A stretch of DNA of 45,055 nucleotides. Source: Gemmataceae bacterium (lineage in GTDB: Bacteria; Planctomycetota; Planctomycetia; Gemmatales; Gemmataceae). Positions 16,662 through 25,616 of the stretch are shown here, one piece after another (the first letter of the stretch is position 1; each line of letters begins with the position of its first letter). The translations under genes and the position numbers were made by a program. The notes below the pieces were generated by a model, which saw only the letters and a list, made by a program, of their open reading frames with translations, was not told the origin of the DNA and did no database searches. The stretch is taken from positions 1 through 45,055 of the forward strand of contig JANPKP010000593.1 of the NCBI GenBank assembly GCA_031426095.1, given 5' to 3'.

Positions 16662-16759
16662 CCGTCTTTGCCAAGTCGAATCGGGCCGGGCCATCCGGCC
16701 CCGCGGCGACCGCGACGACGCCCGATCCACTCGTTCGGATTCGACGGCCGGAGGCAGAC

Positions 16760-17077
16760 ATGGACATCGCCCCCCACACGCCCGCCGCACCCGCGAACGT
16801 CCCGGCCGAGCGGCCCGAGACGAGCGTGGACCGCGGGATCGCGGTCGCGTCCATCAGCCTCGGGTTCTTCAGCATGGTGGTCTTCTTCTGGCACCCGTTC
16901 AGCACCTGCCTGTCGGCCGTCGGCCTGACGCTCGGCGTCATCTCGCTCCTGCGGGGCGTCCGCGGCGGGCTCCACGGCGAGCGGTTGGCCCTCGGCGGGA
17001 CGGCCCTGTGTGCCGTTAGCCTGTCGATCACGCTGACGCTCAACCAGTTCCTCCGCTTCGTTCAGTGGGACCACTGA
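16760..17077 (+). CDS. Small integral membrane protein (DUF4190-like, two or three TM helices)
   Basis: ORF 16349..17077 trimmed to the ATG at 16760 (MDIAPHTPAAPANVP...), 105 aa. Third-codon positions are almost all G/C from 16760 on but not upstream. Confidence 0.6.
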   Translation: MDIAPHTPAAPANVPAERPETSVDRGIAVASISLGFFSMVVFFWHPFSTCLSAVGLTLGVISLLRGVRGGLHGERLALGGTALCAVSLSITLTLNQFLRFVQWDH

Positions 17078-17092
17078 CCCTGGCCGTCCGCC

Positions 17093-17114
17093 GGCCGCCG
17101 AGAGTTCGGCGGCC
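17093..17114 (+). promoter_or_regulatory. 9-bp perfect GC hairpin between the small membrane ORF and actA (attenuator or processing site candidate)
   Basis: GGCCGCCGAgagtTCGGCGGCC. GGGAGG SD for actA at 17125-17130. Confidence 0.3.
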
Positions 17115-17135
17115 CACCGTTCCCGGGAGGCCGTT

Positions 17136-17921
17136 ATGCCGCAAATCTTCCCCAAGGGGCTCAACCCCGTCGCCCGGATGGTGCTGATCGCACTGCCCAT
17201 CCTCGCCGGCAGCACCGGCATCGGGCTGGCCGCGTTCTACCGCTCCAGTTACGCCACCGGCATCGGGGAGGAAGTCCCGCAGCCGGTCGCGTTCAGCCAC
17301 AAGCACCACGCCGGCGAACTCGGCATCCACTGCGCGTACTGCCACACGTCGGTCGAGACGAGCCACTTCGCCGGCATCCCGCCGACCCAGACGTGTATGA
17401 ACTGCCACCAGCAGATGTGGACCGGGGCCGACCTCCTGGAGCCCGTCCGCAAGAGCTGGAAGGAGAACTCGCCGATCGCCTGGAACCGCGTCCACAACGT
17501 CCCTCACTACGCCTACTTCAACCACTCGATCCACGTGGCCAAGGGCGTCGGGTGCGTGTCGTGCCACGGGCAGATCGACCAGATGAACCTCGTGTACCAG
17601 AGCAAGACACTCCTGATGGAGTGGTGCATCGCCTGCCACCGGGAGCCGGAAAAGCACCTCCGCCCGCGGAGCGAGGTGTACAGCATGACGTGGGCCCCGA
17701 AGGCGGGCGAGAAGTGGTCGCTGGCCGACTTCGGCGGGTCCGAGGTGGGTGCCGACGGGAAGCCCAACCCGGTCCTGAGCGACCCCAACTTTTACGACGC
17801 CGAGAAGAAGCAGTTCAAGGACCGGCCGGCCGACCAGGCCGGGATCGGCGAGTTGCTCAAGAAGCAGTACCACGTCCGCGACAAGGTGACGCTGACGAAC
17901 TGCTCGATGTGCCACCGCTAG
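17136..17921 (+). CDS. actA: Alternative Complex III subunit ActA (pentaheme cytochrome c)
   Basis: 261 aa. N-terminal TM. Five CxxCH motifs: CAYCH, CMNCH, CVSCH, CIACH, CSMCH. Confidence 0.9.
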   Translation: MPQIFPKGLNPVARMVLIALPILAGSTGIGLAAFYRSSYATGIGEEVPQPVAFSHKHHAGELGIHCAYCHTSVETSHFAGIPPTQTCMNCHQQMWTGADLLEPVRKSWKENSPIAWNRVHNVPHYAYFNHSIHVAKGVGCVSCHGQIDQMNLVYQSKTLLMEWCIACHREPEKHLRPRSEVYSMTWAPKAGEKWSLADFGGSEVGADGKPNPVLSDPNFYDAEKKQFKDRPADQAGIGELLKKQYHVRDKVTLTNCSMCHR

Positions 17922-17923
17922 GC

Positions 17924-18012
17924 AGTGATGCGTGGGGCGTGACGAGTGATGAGGCGGGACGGCCCGCCCTCGCCGCCACCCAGCACTCAGGACTCATCAC
18001 TCAGGACTGAGG
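17924..18012. repeat. Heptamer-periodic hairpin element in the actA-actB spacer
   Basis: Left arm AGTGATG CGTGGGG CGTGACG AGTGATG (17924-17951). Right arm ACTCAGG ACTCATC ACTCAGG ACTGAGG (17985-18012). A perfect 10-bp complement GAGTGATGAG/CTCATCACTC encloses GGCGGGacggCCCGCC. Confidence 0.75.
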
Positions 18013-18017
18013 CCGAC

Positions 18018-21000
18018 ATGCCGCCCGAAGCGAACGACGACCGGCAGCCCCCGCAGTGGAGCGGGCTCGACGAGTACCTCGACTCGGACGCCTTCCGCGA
18101 GGCGATGGCCGACGAGTTCCCCGAGGACGCGGCCGAGTGGACCGACCCGGTCACCCGCCGCGGGTTCCTGTCGCTCATGGGGGCGTCGCTCGCCCTCGCC
18201 GGGGCGGCCGGGTGCTCGCCGCGGCCGGCCTCGGGGCGGAAGATCCTGCCGTACACCTCCCAGCCGCTGAACATGACGCCGGGGGTGCCCCTCTTCTTCG
18301 CCACCGCCGCCCCGCTGGCCGGGTACGGGGCCGGCGTCCTCGTCCGCAGCCACGAGGGCCGACCGGTCAAGGTCGAGGGCAACCCCGACCACCCGTCGAG
18401 CCTCGGCGGCACCAGCGTCTTCACCCAGGCGTCGGTCCTCGACCTGTACGACCCGGACCGCTCCCGGCGGCCTCTCCACAAGGGCAACCCGGTCTCCTAC
18501 GAGGCGGCCGTCGATGCCGTCCGCAAGCGGCTCGAAGGGCTCAAGGCGAAGGGCGGGGCCGGGCTCCGCATTCTCAGCGAAACCGTGACCTCACCGACCC
18601 TCGCCGACCAGCTCGACGCGCTCCTGAAGGACTACCCCGAGGCCCGCTGGGTCCAGTACGATGCCGTCGGCCGCGACAACGTCCGCGAGGGCACGCGGAA
18701 GGCGTTCGGCAAGGCGGTCAACGTCACTTACGACTTCACGAAGGCCGACGTCGTCCTGTCGCTCGACGCCGACTTCCTCACCGTCGGCCCCGGCCAGACC
18801 CGGTACGGCCGCGACTTCGCCGCCCGCCGCAAGGTCCGCCAGAACAAGGCCGACGGCGGCACCCCGGAACAGATGAGCCGGGTCTACGCGGTCGAGTGCA
18901 TGCCCGGCCTCGTCGGCACCCAGGCCGACCACCGGCTGCCGCTGCTCGCCTCCCACGTCGAGTCGTTCGCCCGGGCCGTCGCCGCCGAACTCAAGGTGGG
19001 CGGGGCCCCCGCCGCGGGTACCCTGCCGGACGCCGCGAAGGCGTGGGTGGGGCCGCTCGCCGCCGACCTCCGGGCGCACACCGGCAAGGTGATCGTGATC
19101 GCCGGCGACCACCAGCCGGCCTCGCTCCACGCCCTCGCCCTGGCCATCAACTCGTCCCTCGGCAGCGTCGGCGAGAACCTCCCGGTCCGCGTCTGGGCCC
19201 CGGTCGAGGCCCGGCCCGACGGGAAAGTGATCGACCTGCCGACGCTCGTCGACCAGATGGCGAAGAAGCAGGTCGATACGCTCCTCCTGCTCGGCGGCAA
19301 CCCGGCGTACACCGCCCCCGTGGACGTGCCGTTCGCCGAGGCCCTGAAGAACGTCCCGGTCAAGGTCCACGTCGGCCTCTACGACGCCGATGAGACGGCG
19401 TCGCTGTGCGACTACCACGTCCCCACCACGCACTACCTCGAAGCCTGGGGCGACGTCCGCGGGCACGACGGCACCACGACCATCCTTCAGCCGCTCATCG
19501 CCCCCCTCTACGCCGCGAAGTCGCTCCACGAGTTCCTCGTCGATCTCGGCGGGGCCGGGGCACGCGAAGGCCGCGAGGTGGTGCGGGCGTACTGGAAGCG
19601 GCGCTTCACGGCCGACGGCCGGAGCGGCGAGTTTGAGGACTTCTGGCAGGAATCGGTCCGCAAGGGCGTGGTCGCGGACAGCGCCGCCAAGCCGGAAGCG
19701 GCCACACTCGCCGGCGACTGGAGTGCGAACGCGCCCCCGCCGCCCGCCGCCCCGGCCGACTTCGAGGTGAACTTCCGCCCCGACCCGACGCTCTACGACG
19801 GCCGGTTCGCCAACAACGGCTGGCTCCAGGAACTGCCCAAGCCGGTCAGCAAGCTGACGTGGGACAACGCCGCCTTCGTCAGCCCCAAGACCGCGAAAGA
19901 CCTCAACCTCAAGAAGTGGTTCGCCTGGACGGCCGGCGAGCGCGGCCGGGTCGAGGTGAGCGTGGTCGAGCTGGAGTTCCGCGGGCGGAAGGTGAAGGCC
20001 CCGATCTGGGCCTTGCCCGGCCACCCGGACAACGCCGTCACGGTCCACCTCGGGAGCGGGCGGGAGAAGGCCGGCCGCGTCGGCAACGTGGAGAGCGAGC
20101 CGAACGCCGAGGGGAAGCCGGTCCGCGGCTTCAACGCCTTCGCCCTCCGCGACAGCAAGAGCCCGTGGTTCGCCGGCGGCCTGAAAGTGACGGCGACGCC
20201 CGACGAGTACTATCTGGCGTGCGTCCAGGGCAACTGGTCGATGGTCGAGAAGGACCCGATTTCCGGGACCCCGCTCGACCGCCGCCCGGCCCGCCGCGGC
20301 ACCCTCGACCAGCTCAAGAGCGACCCGAAGTTCGCCAAGGTGCCGCCGGCGTCGCCGGGCGAGACGGAGCTGATCGACCTGAACGTGCCGGCCCCCGGCG
20401 ACCGCAGCCACGGCCTCCCGAACAAGGGGACCGGCGTCGCCCCGGACAACAAGCCGCACGACCACTCGAACAAGGACGCCACGCGGCACGGGGCCGACCA
20501 GGAGAAGCACGAGGGGCACGACCACCGGCTGACCCCGCTCACGATGTACAACCCGAACGAGACCCTGTACCCCAAGCTCGACGAGCAGCAGCGGCGGCGG
20601 TGGGGCATGGCCATCGACCTCCAGGCGTGCATCGGCTGCAACGCCTGCGTGGTCGCCTGCCAGAGCGAGAACAACATCCCGGTGGTGGGCAAGAAGGAAG
20701 TGACCCGCGGGCACGAGATGCACTGGATCCGCATCGACCGCTACTACAGCGGCGACCCGGCCACCGGGGCCGACCTCGACACGCACTTCCAGCCGGTCGC
20801 CTGCGTCCAGTGCGAGAAGGCCCCGTGCGAGATCGTCTGCCCGGTCGGGGCCACCGTCCACAGCGCGGACGGGCTCAACGACATGGTCTACAACCGCTGC
20901 GTCGGCACCCGCTACTGTTCGAACAACTGCCCGTACAAGGTGCGGCGGTTCAACTTCCTCACCTTCCAGGACTGGGCCACCGACACCATCAAGCTCGGCC

Positions 21001-21341
21001 GCAACCCGGACGTGTCCGTCCGCAGCCGCGGCGTGATGGAGAAGTGCACGTACTGCGTCCAGCGGATCCGCGGGGCCGAGATCGTGGCCGAGCGGGAGTA
21101 CGCCCGGGGCGAGCGGAAGGACCTGAAGATCATGGACGGCGAGGTGGTGACGGCCTGCCAGTCGGCCTGTCCAACGGCGGCCATCGTGTTCGGCGACCTG
21201 AACGACACGGCCAGCACGGTCAACCGCTGGAAGAGCGAGCCGACGAACTACGGCCTCCTCGCCGAGCTGAACACGATGCCGCGGACCTCCTACCTGGCGT
21301 CCCTGCGGAACCCGAACCCGGCCATGCCGGGGAAAGGATGA
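18018..21341 (+). CDS. actB: Alternative Complex III subunit ActB (fused molybdopterin-like B1 + FeS B2)
   Basis: Trimmed to the ATG at 18018, 1107 aa. Tat-type signal TRRGFLSLMGASLALAGAAGC. Ferredoxin motifs CIGCNACVVACQSEN and CVQCEKAPCEIVCP. Confidence 0.9.
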   Translation: MPPEANDDRQPPQWSGLDEYLDSDAFREAMADEFPEDAAEWTDPVTRRGFLSLMGASLALAGAAGCSPRPASGRKILPYTSQPLNMTPGVPLFFATAAPLAGYGAGVLVRSHEGRPVKVEGNPDHPSSLGGTSVFTQASVLDLYDPDRSRRPLHKGNPVSYEAAVDAVRKRLEGLKAKGGAGLRILSETVTSPTLADQLDALLKDYPEARWVQYDAVGRDNVREGTRKAFGKAVNVTYDFTKADVVLSLDADFLTVGPGQTRYGRDFAARRKVRQNKADGGTPEQMSRVYAVECMPGLVGTQADHRLPLLASHVESFARAVAAELKVGGAPAAGTLPDAAKAWVGPLAADLRAHTGKVIVIAGDHQPASLHALALAINSSLGSVGENLPVRVWAPVEARPDGKVIDLPTLVDQMAKKQVDTLLLLGGNPAYTAPVDVPFAEALKNVPVKVHVGLYDADETASLCDYHVPTTHYLEAWGDVRGHDGTTTILQPLIAPLYAAKSLHEFLVDLGGAGAREGREVVRAYWKRRFTADGRSGEFEDFWQESVRKGVVADSAAKPEAATLAGDWSANAPPPPAAPADFEVNFRPDPTLYDGRFANNGWLQELPKPVSKLTWDNAAFVSPKTAKDLNLKKWFAWTAGERGRVEVSVVELEFRGRKVKAPIWALPGHPDNAVTVHLGSGREKAGRVGNVESEPNAEGKPVRGFNAFALRDSKSPWFAGGLKVTATPDEYYLACVQGNWSMVEKDPISGTPLDRRPARRGTLDQLKSDPKFAKVPPASPGETELIDLNVPAPGDRSHGLPNKGTGVAPDNKPHDHSNKDATRHGADQEKHEGHDHRLTPLTMYNPNETLYPKLDEQQRRRWGMAIDLQACIGCNACVVACQSENNIPVVGKKEVTRGHEMHWIRIDRYYSGDPATGADLDTHFQPVACVQCEKAPCEIVCPVGATVHSADGLNDMVYNRCVGTRYCSNNCPYKVRRFNFLTFQDWATDTIKLGRNPDVSVRSRGVMEKCTYCVQRIRGAEIVAEREYARGERKDLKIMDGEVVTACQSACPTAAIVFGDLNDTASTVNRWKSEPTNYGLLAELNTMPRTSYLASLRNPNPAMPGKG

Positions 21342-21402
21342 AGGATGAAGGATGAAGGATGAAATCGACCGCATTCATCCTTGAGCCTTGATCCCTGATC
21401 CT
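21335..21402. repeat. Heptamer-repeat hairpin (AGGATGA)x4 - loop - 4 complementary heptamers, in the actB-actC spacer
   Basis: AGGATGA x4 (21335-21362), loop aatcgaccgcat, then TCATCCT TGAGCCT TGATCCC TGATCCT (21375-21402). 23/28 arm positions are complementary. The actB TGA (21339-21341) is inside the first unit. Confidence 0.85.
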
Positions 21403-21425
21403 TATTTGCGAAGGGGGCTTGAACC

Positions 21426-22868
21426 GTGGCGACCGCCGATCACCCGCCGACCCACCGCCGCCCGCCGGGGGCACCCGCGGCCGAGCTGCCGCTCGAACCC
21501 GAGATGTGGCCGCTCGTCCAGAACCGGCACGACCTCGTGAGCGTCGGCGACGCCATCGGCAACGTCGTCCTCACCCGCGTCCACCCGAAGCAGTGGTGGG
21601 TCGGCCTCCTGGCCGGCCTCATCATGCTCCAGTTCCTGGCCGTGTCGGTCGCCTGGCTCTTCTACAAGGGCGTCGGCATCTGGGGCATCAACGTCCCGGT
21701 CGCCTGGGGCTTCGCGATCATCAACTTCGTCTGGTGGATCGGCATCGGCCACGCCGGCACGCTGATCTCCGCGATCTTGTTGCTGTTGCACCAGAAGTGG
21801 CGGCAGAGCATCAGCCGCTTCTCGGAAGCCATGACCATCTTCGCGGTCATGTGCGCCGGCCTGTTCCCCCTCCTGCACATGGGCCGGCCGTGGTTCTTCT
21901 ACTGGCTCTACCCGTTCCCCAACGTGGCCGGCGTGTGGCCGCAGTTCCGCAGCCCGCTCACGTGGGACGTGTTCGCCGTCACCACGTACTTCACGTCGTC
22001 GCTGGTGTTCTGGTACATCGGCCTGATCCCCGACCTGGCGGCCCTGCGGGACCAGGCCGGGAAGCGGTGGCAGCAGCTCGTGTACGGCGTCCTCGCCCTC
22101 GGCTGGCGGGGGTCGGCCATCCACTGGCGGCGGTACGAGAAGCTGTACCTCATCCTCGGCGGCCTCTGCACCCCGCACGTGCTGTCCGTCCACACGGTCG
22201 TGAGTTTCGACTTCGCCGTGTCGATCGTCCCCCTGTGGCACGCCACCATCTTCCCGCCGTTCTTCGTGGCCGGGGCCATCTTCAGCGGGTTTGCGATGGT
22301 GGTGGCCATCGCCCTGCCGGTCCGCAAGTGGTACGGGCTCGAAGACTTCTTCACCGACCACCACATGGACATCTGCGGCAAGGTCATGCTCGCCACCGGC
22401 ATGCTCGTCTGCTACGGGTACTTCAGCGAGGTGTGGATGAGCTGGTACAGCCACAGCCTGTACGAGTGGGGGACCACCCTCGAACGCCTCTTCGGCCCCT
22501 ACGGTTGGTCGTACTGGACGCTCCTGTTCTGCAACTTCCTGGTCCCGCAGTTGCTCTGGTCGAAGCGGGTCCGGCAGAGCACGTTCTGGCTCGAAGTGGT
22601 CTGCATGGCCGCCCTCGTGGGCATGTGGTTCGAGCGGTACGTGATCGTCATCACGCTCACCCGGGATCAACTGCCGAGTAGCTGGGGCACCTACGCCCCG
22701 ACGATCTGGGACTACGCCACGATGATCGGGTCGATGGGCCTGTTCCTCACCCTGTTCTTCCTCTTCCTCCGCTTCCTGCCGATGATCTCGATCACCGAGA
22801 TGCGGGAGTTGCTCCCGAAGAAGCAGGGCGGCGGCGGCGGGCACTCGATCATGGAGAACGCCCCATGA
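21426..22868 (+). CDS. actC: Alternative Complex III subunit ActC (NrfD/PsrC-like quinol-interacting membrane subunit)
   Basis: 480 aa, GTG start. About 10 TM helices, NrfD-like. Confidence 0.9.
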   Translation: MATADHPPTHRRPPGAPAAELPLEPEMWPLVQNRHDLVSVGDAIGNVVLTRVHPKQWWVGLLAGLIMLQFLAVSVAWLFYKGVGIWGINVPVAWGFAIINFVWWIGIGHAGTLISAILLLLHQKWRQSISRFSEAMTIFAVMCAGLFPLLHMGRPWFFYWLYPFPNVAGVWPQFRSPLTWDVFAVTTYFTSSLVFWYIGLIPDLAALRDQAGKRWQQLVYGVLALGWRGSAIHWRRYEKLYLILGGLCTPHVLSVHTVVSFDFAVSIVPLWHATIFPPFFVAGAIFSGFAMVVAIALPVRKWYGLEDFFTDHHMDICGKVMLATGMLVCYGYFSEVWMSWYSHSLYEWGTTLERLFGPYGWSYWTLLFCNFLVPQLLWSKRVRQSTFWLEVVCMAALVGMWFERYVIVITLTRDQLPSSWGTYAPTIWDYATMIGSMGLFLTLFFLFLRFLPMISITEMRELLPKKQGGGGGHSIMENAP

Positions 22869-23473
22869 GCACCCCCTCGACGCTCCCCGGCGGGCCGGAC
22901 ACCCGGCCCGGCAGCGATATCAGCGGCCACGACGACACGGCCGCGCCGGCCGTGTACGGCTACCTCGCCGAGTTCCCCGACGGCGACTCGCTCGTGGCCG
23001 CCACCCGCAAGGCGAAGGCCGAGGGGTACACGCGGATGGACACGTTCAGCCCGTACGCGATCGGGGAGACGGCCGACGCCCTCGGCTTCCCGAAGTCGGA
23101 GATGGGCACGATCATGCTGATCGGCGGCCTCACGGGGGCTTGCTCCGGGTTCTTCATGCAGTACTGGTGCAACACCTACGGGTACTCGCTCAACGTCGGC
23201 GGGCGGCCGTACCTGAGCTGGCCGTCGTTCATCCCGATCACGTTCGAGATGATGGTGCTGACGGCCGTCCTGAGCGGGCTGTTCGGGTTCATCGCCCTCT
23301 GCGGGCTCCCGCGGTTCCACCACCCGCTGTTCAACTCGAAGGCGTTCGACCGGGCCACCCGCGACCGCTTCTTCCTGGTCGTCGAGGCCGTCGACCCGAA
23401 GTACGACGGGCCGGCCGTCCGGTCCTTCCTCGACACCTTGAGCCCGCTGTCGGTCGAGGAGGTGATGGAATGA
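22865..23473 (+). CDS. actD: Alternative Complex III subunit ActD (DUF3341)
   Basis: 202 aa. ATGA overlap with the actC stop. YGYLAEF...GYTRMDTFSPY DUF3341-type sequence plus two TM helices. Confidence 0.85.
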   Translation: MSTPSTLPGGPDTRPGSDISGHDDTAAPAVYGYLAEFPDGDSLVAATRKAKAEGYTRMDTFSPYAIGETADALGFPKSEMGTIMLIGGLTGACSGFFMQYWCNTYGYSLNVGGRPYLSWPSFIPITFEMMVLTAVLSGLFGFIALCGLPRFHHPLFNSKAFDRATRDRFFLVVEAVDPKYDGPAVRSFLDTLSPLSVEEVME

Positions 23474-24246
23474 CGACTCCCTTCCGCCACAAGCGGCCGA
23501 CCGCGCTGGCCGTCGGCGTGCTGGCCCTGGCCGCCCTCGGGACCGGCACCGGGTGCCAACAGAAGATGGCCCAGCAGCCGTACTACAAGCCGTACGAGCC
23601 GACCGAGTCGTTCCCCGACGGCCGCTCGAACCGGCCGCTGGAGCCGGGCACGATCTCCCGCGGCCAGCGGTTCGACAACGACCCGCTCATGACCGGGCTG
23701 ACGAAGGACGAGTGGAAGCGGTCCCGCGAGCAGGCGGCCGCCGCCCCGAAGGTGGACGTGCCGAACGACACGCAGAACCGCGAGACGGCCTTCGGGGCCC
23801 CCCGGTTCGACCCCAAGGGGGGCGACCCGAAGGTGTACGTCAGCGACTACCCGATCGCCATCGGGGCCCCGGAACTGAGGCGGGGGCAGGAAGTCTTCCT
23901 CCAGAAGTGCGCCATGTGCCACGGGCCGCTCGGCAACGGGAATGGCAAGATTCGGGAGCGGGGCTACCTGAACCCGACCTCGTTCCACACCGAGAAAGTG
24001 GACCCGAACGAGCCGAATGAGCCGACCGAGACGCCACTCGGGTTCTCCCGCGGGTACTGGCGGTGGGGCGTCCAGATCCCGCTCCGCGAGGTGCCCCCGG
24101 GGTACGTCTTCGAGGTCATCACGAAGGGGTACGGCGGGATGCCGAACTACGCGGCCCAGATCCCGCCGGCCGACCGCTGGAAGGTGACGGCCTACGTCCG
24201 CGCCCTGCAACTGAGCCAACACCCGGCCGCCGGGGGGAACCCGTGA
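23470..24246 (+). CDS. actE: Alternative Complex III subunit ActE (monoheme cytochrome c lipoprotein)
   Basis: Trimmed to the ATG at 23470 (ATGA overlap with actD), 258 aa. Lipobox LGTGTGC. One CAMCH. Confidence 0.85.
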   Translation: MTTPFRHKRPTALAVGVLALAALGTGTGCQQKMAQQPYYKPYEPTESFPDGRSNRPLEPGTISRGQRFDNDPLMTGLTKDEWKRSREQAAAAPKVDVPNDTQNRETAFGAPRFDPKGGDPKVYVSDYPIAIGAPELRRGQEVFLQKCAMCHGPLGNGNGKIRERGYLNPTSFHTEKVDPNEPNEPTETPLGFSRGYWRWGVQIPLREVPPGYVFEVITKGYGGMPNYAAQIPPADRWKVTAYVRALQLSQHPAAGGNP

Positions 24247-25616
24247 ACACCGTGACCGACTCCCGACCCCCGGCCGACGGCCACGCCGCGGCGGCCCTGC
24301 CGCCGCCCGACTGGACCGACTACAAGCGGGTCTCGTTCCTCGCGGCCGTGGTCGGCTTCGCCGCCTGGGCCGTCGTCGGCGGGATGAACTACGGCATGGC
24401 CCCGAACCACGAGGCGGGGATCGCACAGTTCTTCCTGTCGCTCGAAGTCGGGTTCGTCTACTGGATCAGCCTGCCGGTCGGCGGCATGGCCCTGCTGTTC
24501 ATCCACTACCTCGCCAAGTCGTCGTGGGGCTACCTCCTCAAGCGGCCGTTCGAGGCGGCCACGCGGACGCTGCCGCTGTTCTTCGCCCTCTTCATCGCCC
24601 TCGCGGTGGGGTCGACCCTCGGTAAGGCGTCGCCCTTCTGGTGGTCGGCCCCGGAGGCCCAGCACGTCGAGCACGCCCCGCTCCCGCCGCCCACCCCGGC
24701 CGGCGGCGACAAGCGGGACGAGGCCATCAAGGCCGGCAAAACGATGATGGAGCGGGCCGTCCTGAACGAGCGGTCGTACCGCGAGCACGGCACCCTCGGG
24801 TTCCTGTCGGTCCCCGCGTTCTTCGGCGTCGGGGTCTTCCTGTTCGCCGTCTGGGGCACGTTCATCTACTTCCTGAACAAGTGGGGCGCGGAGGCCGACC
24901 GGGACGTGAACGTGGTGTCGGCCCGGCTGGAGACGCTCAAGAACATGAGCGGCCCGTGGCTCATCACGTACGCCCTGACGATCACGGCGGCGGCCACCCA
25001 GTGGGTGATGTCGCTGGAGCCGGGGTGGGCGTCGACCATGTTCCCGGTCATCTTCGCCGTCAACCAGTTCCTCACCTGCTTCGCCTTCTGCCTGGCGATC
25101 TTCCTGACGATCGCCACCCGGCCGCCGGTCGCGGGCGTCCTGCGGGACAAGTTCCAGCTCGACATGGGCACCCTGATGCTCGCCTTCACACTGCTCTGGT
25201 CGTACACCTCGTTCAGCCAGTACATGCTCGTGTGGATCGGCAACCTGCCGGAGGAAATCCCGTTCTACCTCAAGCGGTCCGACGGCGGGTGGTGGTGGAT
25301 TTCGGCGGCCATGATCGTGTTCCACTTCGCCCTGCCGTTCATGCTCCTGCTGTTCCGGGACATCAAGCTGCACCCGAAGAAACTGCGGGTAGTGGCGGTC
25401 TACTTGCTGGTCATCTGCGCGATCGACGTGACGTGGTGGATCGAGCCGGCGAAGGACCACGAGGGGCAGTACCTGTTCTGGGTGATGGACGTGGCCGCCC
25501 TGGCGGGGGTCGGCGGGCTCTTCGGCCTGTACTTCTTCGCCAACCTGGCCAAGCGGCCGCTCCTGCCGGCGAACGAGCTGTACCAACTGCCGGAGGGCCA
25601 CGCCCATGACCACTAA
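24243..25616 (+). CDS. actF: Alternative Complex III subunit ActF (second NrfD-like membrane subunit)
   Basis: GTG at 24243 overlapping the actE TGA (GTGA), 457 aa, polytopic. Confidence 0.85.
   Translation: MNTVTDSRPPADGHAAAALPPPDWTDYKRVSFLAAVVGFAAWAVVGGMNYGMAPNHEAGIAQFFLSLEVGFVYWISLPVGGMALLFIHYLAKSSWGYLLKRPFEAATRTLPLFFALFIALAVGSTLGKASPFWWSAPEAQHVEHAPLPPPTPAGGDKRDEAIKAGKTMMERAVLNERSYREHGTLGFLSVPAFFGVGVFLFAVWGTFIYFLNKWGAEADRDVNVVSARLETLKNMSGPWLITYALTITAAATQWVMSLEPGWASTMFPVIFAVNQFLTCFAFCLAIFLTIATRPPVAGVLRDKFQLDMGTLMLAFTLLWSYTSFSQYMLVWIGNLPEEIPFYLKRSDGGWWWISAAMIVFHFALPFMLLLFRDIKLHPKKLRVVAVYLLVICAIDVTWWIEPAKDHEGQYLFWVMDVAALAGVGGLFGLYFFANLAKRPLLPANELYQLPEGHAHDH

Noticed and set aside
18018-21341. 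Possible selenocysteine or functional molybdopterin site in ActB.
   Set aside because: There is no in-frame TGA. ActB is established as a molybdopterin-less member of the CISM family. Nothing in the sequence argues otherwise.
18591-21374. 927-aa minus-strand ORF antisense to actB. Similar long shadow ORFs occur at 24192-26249 (-), 28273-30189 (-), 4890-6182 (-), 7981-9501 (+), 9532-10524 (-), 10644-11945 (-), 21402-22844 (-), 40235-42241 (+) and 41754-43079 (+).
   Set aside because: Typical stop-poor antisense frames of very GC-rich DNA. The translations are Arg/Gly/Pro/Ala/Val low-complexity with no recognisable domains. Each lies opposite a gene with unmistakable family motifs.
21335-21402. 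Tandem short repeats considered as a CRISPR array or minisatellite-encoded peptide (MKDEG).
   Set aside because: The unit length is 7 nt with no spacers and no cas genes. The 5-codon mini-ORF is a by-product of the AGGATGA unit and there is no evidence that it is translated.
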